From: Cyanobacteriota bacterium
GTDB lineage: Bacteria; Cyanobacteriota; Cyanobacteriia; Cyanobacteriales; Nostocaceae
NCBI GenBank assembly: GCA_046045965.1
Contig: JBJOKS010000039.1
Location: forward strand, 1 to 36,068
DNA length: 36,068 nucleotides
Reading direction: 5' to 3'
How positions within the stretch are numbered: position 1 is the stretch's first letter; every line of letters begins with the position of its first letter. Both the position numbers and the translations under genes were made by a program. The notes below the pieces were generated by a model. That model made no database searches, was not told where the DNA came from, and saw nothing but the letters and a program-made list of their open reading frames with translations. This document shows, one piece after another, positions 26,896 through 33,765 of the stretch.

Positions 26896-27435
26896 CTACT
26901 CAAAAACAGGAGGCCAAATTTCAGAGATTACCACCTCAAAACCAGGTAATAAATCAGGAAGTGTTAAAATATCACCATCTTTTAAAATTTCTGTTTCACC
27001 ATTTCGAGAAACTTCTAATGTTCTAGTTTTAGGATTAATTAAAATTCCCACTTGTGAACCTAATTTAATAAATTCTTGAATCTTTTCTCTCAGTTTATCT
27101 ATAGAATCAGTTTTAGATTTTACTTCCACCACCAAATCAGGAACTAATTCCGCATAATCTTCTGTTGATATTTTCAATCTCTCAGCACGAACAAAAGAAA
27201 CATCGGGCGCACGTAAATCAGAGTTAGGTAATTTAAAACCCGCACTAGAACCCACTACACGGCCTAGTTTACGAGGTCTAACCCAGTTTCCTAAAATTCG
27301 CGCAAACTCAGTACCTACTTCTTCTGGTTCATAACCCGAAGGACTCATAATAATGATACTCCCATCTACTAATTCCATGCGATAGTCTGGATATGCTATC
27401 TGTATTTCTTCTAGTTCTTTCACGGTTAAAGACAT
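26896..27435 (-). CDS. Uma2 (DUF820) family protein
   Basis: ELVDG....MSPSG, GSSAGF.LPN.D.RAPDVSFV, PDLVVEVKS and LPDLLPGF motifs; AGGAG RBS. Confidence 0.95.
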   Translation of the reverse strand: MSLTVKELEEIQIAYPDYRMELVDGSIIIMSPSGYEPEEVGTEFARILGNWVRPRKLGRVVGSSAGFKLPNSDLRAPDVSFVRAERLKISTEDYAELVPDLVVEVKSKTDSIDKLREKIQEFIKLGSQVGILINPKTRTLEVSRNGETEILKDGDILTLPDLLPGFEVVISEIWPPVFE

Positions 27436-27565
27436 GATGGTTTTCTCCTGAAATACTACGGAAATACTCTATTAATTGTGATTAATTGTGGCATTTTATT
27501 ATATCTTATATGATCACAGTGCTTTTGAATCATGACCTTCAGCTTAACACAGGAGTAATAAAATC

Positions 27566-27835
27566 ATGGCCAAATATGTAATGTGGGGAAGCTACTGCGA
27601 AGACGTTTTAACCAAACGTGAACCCTATCGTCAAGCACATTTAGAAGGACTAGCAAAACAAAAAGAAGCAGGAATTTTAATTACCCTTGGTCCTACTAAA
27701 GATGTAACTCAGGTTTTTGGTATTTACGAAGCTGAAGACGAAAACATTGTCCGTCAGTTGGTAGAAGCTGATCCCTATTGGGAAAATGGTATTTGGACAG
27801 AGTATTCTATTAAAGAATGGATTCAAGTGTTTTAA
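27566..27835 (+). CDS. YciI family protein
   Basis: KREPYRQAHL, LGPT and DPYW.NGIW motifs; AGGAG RBS. Confidence 0.92.
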   Translation: MAKYVMWGSYCEDVLTKREPYRQAHLEGLAKQKEAGILITLGPTKDVTQVFGIYEAEDENIVRQLVEADPYWENGIWTEYSIKEWIQVF

Positions 27836-27950
27836 TTCATAATTCATAATTACAGGAGGAGTCAGGAGTCAGGAGTCAGGAGAAAGAAAAAAGAATTTAT
27901 TTCCCCCCTATTCCCTGTTCCCTGTTCCCTGTTCCCTGTTCCCTGTTCCC
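27833..27950. repeat. STRR arrays (AATTCAT, CAGGAGT, TTCCCTG) between convergent genes
   Basis: Tandem units at 27833-27850, 27853-27882 and 27911-27950. Confidence 0.85.
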
Positions 27951-27968
27951 TTGTTTACGAATTATGAA

Positions 27969-28163
27969 TTACCCTCTCAATGCTCTTCTAAAATTGCGAC
28001 GATAGGATGGATTAGCAATAAACAGAACTGGCCATAATAAACTAAAACCAATGCGATTAGGCAAAGTTTGTGTAAAATGAGTCTTGTTAAACCCATTCCA
28101 AAACTTCCAAGCACCAACTACATAACCCACCAACAAACCAATAACAATTAATTTTGTCATCAT
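27969..28163 (-). CDS. Small conserved membrane protein of unknown function
   Basis: Two hydrophobic segments; YVVGAWKFW.GF..T.F....R...SLLWP......SYR.NF.RAL pattern; GGAG RBS (start may be 28160). Confidence 0.82.
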   Translation of the reverse strand: MMTKLIVIGLLVGYVVGAWKFWNGFNKTHFTQTLPNRIGFSLLWPVLFIANPSYRRNFRRALRG

Positions 28164-28668
28164 TAACTCCTTTAGAAAAGTCAGAAGATTTTAGTTAAAA
28201 AATACACCGATTACAGAGACTTCATAGTCAAAATACAGAATTTATAAGTCAGCCTCTTAATTCTAGTTTAGATCAGTATCACAAATTGCTGCTACTAATC
28301 AGAAATAGTGCTGTGTTCATAAAAATATAGAAGTATCTTAAATTTATCCTATTTTTCTTTTATATATCAAGTCCCGCTGATTACTGAGGATAAGTTAGGT
28401 TTAGTTGATAATTGCTTTTTCTTAATTATCAGCACTTTGTGGGGAATATGTTGCACGAATATAGATATGATAATTTTGCAACCTGGTGATAATAATACGT
28501 GATTTGATAAAAACCAGCAGCATAGCTTATTGAGTAAATTTGCTTAATTTTAATGATATGTTTCCTGTGGAAGTTCCTCAAAGTTCAACATTCATAGGAA
28601 ACTAAAGAAAGAAGAAGCAAATTTTATAACGAATCTCGATGCAGCCAAGGCTGCAATTAGGAGGATTT

Positions 28669-31194
28669 ATGCGTGCAGTGCTAATGGCAGGTGGTTCAGG
28701 GACTCGCTTACGTCCTTTGACTTGTGATCTACCCAAACCGATGGTACCGATATTAAACCGACCCATTGCTGAACATATTATCAATCTTTTGAAACGGCAT
28801 AATATTACGGAAGTAATTGCTACGTTACACTATTTACCTGATGTCCTGCGTGATTACTTCCAAGATGGCAGTGATTTTGGGGTACAGATGACATACTCTA
28901 TTGAAGAAGATCAACCTTTAGGAACAGCAGGGTGTGTAAAAAATATTGCCGAACTTTTGGATGAAACCTTTTTAGTCATCAGCGGTGATAGTATCACAGA
29001 TTTTGACCTGAGTGCAGCGATCGCATTTCACAAACAAAAACAGTCAAAAGCTACTTTAATATTAACCCGTGTTCCTAACCCGATTGAATTTGGGGTAGTC
29101 ATCACCGATGAAGAAGGACACATCAATCGATTCTTGGAAAAGCCTTCTACTAGCGAGATTTTTTCTGATACGGTGAACACTGGTACGTATATTTTAGAAC
29201 CAGAAGTTTTGTCATATTTACCTGAAAATACTGAATGTGATTTTTCTAAAGATTTATTTCCTTTACTATTGGCAAAAAATGAACCTATTTATGGTTATAT
29301 TGCTCAAGGTTACTGGTGTGATGTAGGTCATTTAGACGCTTATCGACAAGCCCAATATGATGCTTTAGCGAGGAAGGTAAAACTAGAGTTTGCATATCCA
29401 GAAACTTCTTCTGGTGTATGGGTGGGACAAAACACTTATATTGATCCTAGCGCGAGAATTGAAAGTCCAGCCATAATTGGTGATAATTGCCGTATTGGCG
29501 CGAGAGTACAAATTGAAGATGGAACTGTAATTGGTGATAATGTAACTATTGGGGCGGATGCGAATTTAAAACGTCCCATAGTTTGGAATGGCGCAATTGT
29601 AGGAGATGAAGCCCAATTATCAGCTTGTGTAATCTCCCGTGGGACTCGTGTTGATCGCCGCGCTCATGTATTAGAAGCTGCTGTAGTAGGTTCGCTTTCT
29701 ACGGTGGGAGAAGAGGCACAAATTAGCCCTGGCGTGCGAGTTTGGCCAAGTAAGAAAATTGAATCAGGTGCTGTTTTAAACATTAACCTGATTTGGGGTA
29801 ACACTGCTCAAAGGAATTTATTTGGTCAACGGGGAGTACAAGGTTTAGCGAATATTGACATTAGCCCAGAATTTGCGGTCAAATTGGGTGCTGCTTATGG
29901 TTCAACTTTAAAACCCGGTTCTCAGGTCAGTGTTTCCCGTGATCAGCGCAATGTATCGCGGATGGTAACTCGTTCTTTAATAGCTGGGTTGATGTCCGTC
30001 GGTGTGGATATTCAAAATCTTGATTCGACAGCAATTCCCATCACCAGAACAGTGATTCCCAAAATGGGGTTAGTGGGGGGTATTCATGTGCGGGTACATC
30101 CAGACCGTCCTGATTATATTTTAATTGAATTCATGGATGGGAAGGGAATTAATATCACTAAAGCCCAGGAAAAGAAGATTGAGGGGGCTTATTTTAAGGA
30201 AGATATGCGGAGAGCGCAAAGTCATGAAATTGGTGATGTCGCCTATCCTAGCCAGGTAATTGATCGTTACTGTACTGCTTTTGAAAAGCTTTTGAATGTA
30301 GAAACTTTGCGTAATAGTCGGGCAAAGGTGGTTATAGATTATGTTTATGCGGTATCTGGGGCGGTGTTACCGCAGATGTTAGATAAATTTGGTGCTGATG
30401 CGGTAGTGTTAAATGCGAGTGTGAATAAAAGCGCAATGACCACTACTAGCCGGGAAGGTTTGCTGACTCAATTAGGCCATGTGGTAGAAGCACTCAAGGC
30501 TAATTTTGGGGTGCAGGTATCAGCAAACGGAGAACAGTTGATTTTAGTAGATGAGTCTGGTTATCCTGTGCGGGGGGAAATACTGACGGCATTGATGGTG
30601 GAAATGATGTTAACTGCTAACCCTAGAGGTGCGGTTGTGGTGCCGGTTCATGCTTCTAGCGCGGTGGAACAAGTAGCACGTCGTCATGATGGGAGAGTAA
30701 TTAGAACTAAGGCTAATCCTACGGCTTTGATGGAGGCTTGTCAAAAAAATCCCAATGTGGTTTTAGGTGGAAGTGGGGAAACTGGTTTTATTTTCCCACA
30801 ACTGCATCCGGGTTTTGATTCCATGTTCTGCATTGCGAAGTTGATTGAAATGTTGACAATTCAAGAGCGATCGCTTGCTGCTGTGCGTTCGGAATTACCC
30901 CGTGTCATTTACAGAAGTTATACTGTTCGTTGTCCTTGGACTGCTAAGGGAGCGTTGATGCGTTATTTGGTGGAAACTCATCCAGCGCAAAATTTAGAAT
31001 TAATTGATGGGGTGAAAATTTGTCAACCTTATGATGATAGTTGGGTGTTGGTTTTACCGGATGCTAGTGAACCAATGGTACATTTATTTGTGAACAGCAG
31101 CGATCGCGATTGGGTAGATGATAGTTTGAGAAGCTATCGTAACCGTGTCCAGAGTTTTGTGGAACGAGAACAGGAACATTACGCGGAAGTGTAA
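28669..31194 (+). CDS. Mannose-1-phosphate guanylyltransferase fused to hexapeptide repeats and a degenerate phosphomannomutase-like domain
   Basis: [37 protein letters not shown] and YWCDVG motifs; left-handed beta-helix repeats; PGM/PMM-fold C-terminal half; AGGAGG RBS before ATG 28669. Confidence 0.95.
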   Translation: MRAVLMAGGSGTRLRPLTCDLPKPMVPILNRPIAEHIINLLKRHNITEVIATLHYLPDVLRDYFQDGSDFGVQMTYSIEEDQPLGTAGCVKNIAELLDETFLVISGDSITDFDLSAAIAFHKQKQSKATLILTRVPNPIEFGVVITDEEGHINRFLEKPSTSEIFSDTVNTGTYILEPEVLSYLPENTECDFSKDLFPLLLAKNEPIYGYIAQGYWCDVGHLDAYRQAQYDALARKVKLEFAYPETSSGVWVGQNTYIDPSARIESPAIIGDNCRIGARVQIEDGTVIGDNVTIGADANLKRPIVWNGAIVGDEAQLSACVISRGTRVDRRAHVLEAAVVGSLSTVGEEAQISPGVRVWPSKKIESGAVLNINLIWGNTAQRNLFGQRGVQGLANIDISPEFAVKLGAAYGSTLKPGSQVSVSRDQRNVSRMVTRSLIAGLMSVGVDIQNLDSTAIPITRTVIPKMGLVGGIHVRVHPDRPDYILIEFMDGKGINITKAQEKKIEGAYFKEDMRRAQSHEIGDVAYPSQVIDRYCTAFEKLLNVETLRNSRAKVVIDYVYAVSGAVLPQMLDKFGADAVVLNASVNKSAMTTTSREGLLTQLGHVVEALKANFGVQVSANGEQLILVDESGYPVRGEILTALMVEMMLTANPRGAVVVPVHASSAVEQVARRHDGRVIRTKANPTALMEACQKNPNVVLGGSGETGFIFPQLHPGFDSMFCIAKLIEMLTIQERSLAAVRSELPRVIYRSYTVRCPWTAKGALMRYLVETHPAQNLELIDGVKICQPYDDSWVLVLPDASEPMVHLFVNSSDRDWVDDSLRSYRNRVQSFVEREQEHYAEV

Positions 31195-31228
31195 ATATCT
31201 GTCTTTGGATTCAGGGAATGGGGAGAAT

Positions 31229-31315
31229 CAAGTCAAAAGTCAAAAGTCAAAAACTCTGTTCCCTGTTCCCTGTTCCCTGTTCCCTGTTCCCTTCTTTCCC
31301 AATTACCAATTACCA
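31229..31315. repeat. STRR arrays (AAAAGTC, CCCTGTT, CCAATTA)
   Basis: Three short heptamer arrays after the stop codon. Confidence 0.85.
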
Positions 31316-31390
31316 AACTCAGTGTAAGATTCTGCCATAATGGCAAATATACACCCGTAAAATCCTATAAATTATAAATAACAACATAAA

Positions 31391-31793
31391 TAGCTGTTAG
31401 CCTACCTTTAGGCTTCATCCTGACAGCTAAATCCTTACCTTTGATACCAAGACAGATGAACCTTAACTACTGGTGGTTCTGTTTCCCAGAAAGTTTGAAC
31501 AATTACAATTCGGGTAGTGGCTAACCCAAAATTTAAGATTGTCATCAAAATGCTTTTACTACTTTTAGGTGTTAGTTTTTGATGATAAAATCAAGCACCG
31601 GAATTGGTCTGGGAAATTGAAAAGTTACGGTGAAATCTTCCTGATGGCTGGTAGCATCTTGAACTATTACACTTCTATTTCAATTATGTTAATCCTATTA
31701 CTCCCAAACAGGATTAACTCTACTGTATAAATTGGCAATTTATATAGCATATACTTACTGGAGGCTGAAAAATTTTACAGCTTCCTTTTTTTT
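31391..31793 (+). ncRNA. Candidate large structured non-coding RNA, family not recognised
   Basis: At least eight helices of 8-12 bp including a nested domain; four G-U wobbles favour the + strand; ends in an intrinsic terminator; no ORF of 60 aa or more. Confidence 0.5.
31760..31793 (+). terminator. Intrinsic terminator
   Basis: GGAGGCTG (31760-31767) / CAGCTTCC (31778-31785) followed by 8 T. Confidence 0.85.
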
Positions 31794-31842
31794 ATCGGTT
31801 AATTACTAACTTGACAATTATTCTGACTCCTAACTCCTGATC

Positions 31843-32001
31843 CAATACTTGTCGGTTCAGCTCAAAACTATGAAATTCTGTAGGTTGGGTTGTTCGCGTT
31901 AGCGTTGCGAAGCAATGGAACAAAACCCAACATTTGCAAGGGTTTGTTGGGTTTCACTTTGTTCAACCCAACCTACGAAAATCCTTAACCGAGCAGTATT
32001 G
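31843..32001. mobile_element. 159-bp MITE (Nezha-like) with 18-bp imperfect TIRs and a 10-bp target-site duplication
   Basis: Left end CAATACTTGTCGGTTCAG versus reverse complement of right end CAATACTGCTCGGTTAAG. ACTCCTGATC flanks both sides (31833-31842 and 32002-32011). Confidence 0.88.
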
Positions 32002-32457
32002 ACTCCTGATCGCTTACACTAAATTTATTATTTCATTATTCATCTAGGGTTAGATTTATCAATTAAATTTACCTATTGCCAAGTAGTTAGATAACTAACT
32101 CAAAAGTCTCATACTCTAGATAGATAAAAAATGAGTAGATATCCGATGGTAATAGAATATATGTTTATTTCGCGAGGTAGAGGCTGATCTAATTTTTTTG
32201 GTGGATCATATTTGTTTTTATACTCTTGTTTAACAAGAGAATTGAATTTTAAATAAATTCACTATAATTGATTAATAATTTTAAATGATCCAATTTTATC
32301 AAACTAAAGTATTGGAGCAAAAAATATAAATGTGATGTAAGATTATTATGAAGATTCAATCAAGGAATTCAGCCCTTGCATAAACTTTAAGTAAAGATGT
32401 AGGAAAAGTTGGTAGACCATGAATAATAGTGACTAAACAGAGAGAGGAACTAACTCT

Positions 32458-32581
32458 GAATACTTGTCAGGTTTTGCGGGGAAAGGGAAATAAAAACCTA
32501 GAAAAAACATTGAACCCAAACCCATTAAGCTTTTCCCAAACCAAATGAAAATTACCATCTGCAAAACACTGAACAGTATGG
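32458..32581. mobile_element. Degenerate MITE with related termini
   Basis: Left GAATACTTGTCAGGTTTTGC versus reverse complement of right CCATACTGTTCAGTGTTTTGC; flanks AACTAACTCT / TACTAATTTT match at 7/10. Confidence 0.55.
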
Positions 32582-33148
32582 TACTAATTTTGTACTTTTC
32601 TTTTCCTTTTTCTTGCCGAAAATTTAAAATTTCTGAAAATCTGCTGATGAGAAAATACTAGTATTAGGCTAGTGTTGATAAATAGATTGCTGATTGTCCA
32701 GAAATTAAAAATTTTTAGGCTTCAATTGGAACAGGTTTTACCTCATTGATTATTGTTGGGTAATCAAAAACCAACTAATTTAAATAGTTGAAAGTTGCTG
32801 TATCAAGTTGCATCGCCTGGGTCAAAATCATGAGTAATTTATAATTCATCATTCATAATTTAAAGACTGCTGAGAATTCCTGATTCTAGAGGCAGCCTCG
32901 TTTTGGTTGGGGTCTAAATCTCTACTCAAAACTAAATATGAATGAGCAATTATGAATTGCTACTAATTATAGGTGTTTTACCAGAAACTGCTGTTTAAAC
33001 TAGCGTGAATTGCATATCACCTCATAAATATTTAGTTGGCTTGAAGTGGTTTGTAAATTTTGCACCTGGATTTTAGCAACAGATGTCAGGGATAAATTTA
33101 CCCAAGTTTTTGCTCAAATTTTACAGTATTCAGCAACTGGTAAGAATT

Positions 33149-33748
33149 ATGTCATCTTCTTCTCAACAAAACAAAGTTTGTGATCTTTACGATGCACATG
33201 AGAGTAAGTTTTTAACAACTTTTCAGCGTAAGGCACTGTTGAAAAACTTGCAAGCTGATTTACAACCAGAATATCGACGACGGATTGAAATTATGTTGTT
33301 AGCAGATATGGGTAAATCTCAATCTCATATCTGTGAAATTATTGGTTGTTCTCAGGAGATGGCAAGGTATTGGATCGGTATAGCTGAAGCTGGTATGGCT
33401 CATAAATGGAAAGAAAGAAGGATAGGTAGACCCAAAACAGTTAATAATCAATATATTGAAAGATTGAAAGAATTGGTGAGTCATAGTCCCCGTGAATATG
33501 GCTATGCTTTTGGATATTGGACTGCTCAATGGTTGAGTAAACATTTAGCGAATGAATTAGGGATTGAAATTAGCGATCGCCATATTAATCGTCTTCTTAA
33601 ACAAATGGGACTATCTACCAAACGTAAAAGTTCCTCCCCACCCCAAAATTTGCAAAATCAGGATGCTAATATCACTATTTGCGATTTGCAATCTAACTCC
33701 GAACCTAGTTTCAATTGGTCATTTAATTTGATTCAGACCAATAACTAA
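33149..33748 (+). CDS. Helix-turn-helix protein related to the IS630/Tc1 transposase DNA-binding region, without a DDE domain; probable regulator
   Basis: RRRIEIMLLAD.G.SQ..IC...GCS....RYW, GRPK, SPREYGY....WTAQWLS.HL..ELGI.IS..HINRLLKQMGLS. Alternative upstream ATG at 33083. Confidence 0.85.
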   Translation: MSSSSQQNKVCDLYDAHESKFLTTFQRKALLKNLQADLQPEYRRRIEIMLLADMGKSQSHICEIIGCSQEMARYWIGIAEAGMAHKWKERRIGRPKTVNNQYIERLKELVSHSPREYGYAFGYWTAQWLSKHLANELGIEISDRHINRLLKQMGLSTKRKSSSPPQNLQNQDANITICDLQSNSEPSFNWSFNLIQTNN

Positions 33749-33765
33749 TATTTGGAGGTAAGAAA

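Noticed and set aside
3848..31315. Tandem arrays considered as possible CRISPR arrays
   Set aside because: Units are 7-14 bp with no unique spacers and there are no cas genes; they are cyanobacterial STRRs.
31456..31730. Micro-ORFs inside the ncRNA candidate (MNLNYWWFCFPESLNNYNSGSG at 31456; MAGSILNYYTSISIMLILLLPNRINSTV at 31644) as type I toxin or bacteriocin precursor
   Set aside because: No convincing SD, no double-glycine leader, and lengths expected by chance. They cannot be fully excluded without Ribo-seq or conservation data.
32905..32932. Imperfect palindrome GTTTTGGTTGGGGTCTAAATCTCTACTCAAAAC as an operator for the HTH protein
   Set aside because: It looks like a decayed dispersed palindromic repeat, and nothing in the sequence ties it to the HTH protein.
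33083..33748. Active IS630 insertion sequence
   Set aside because: No DDE catalytic region follows (the next ORF is the ABC transporter), and no terminal inverted repeats are evident.
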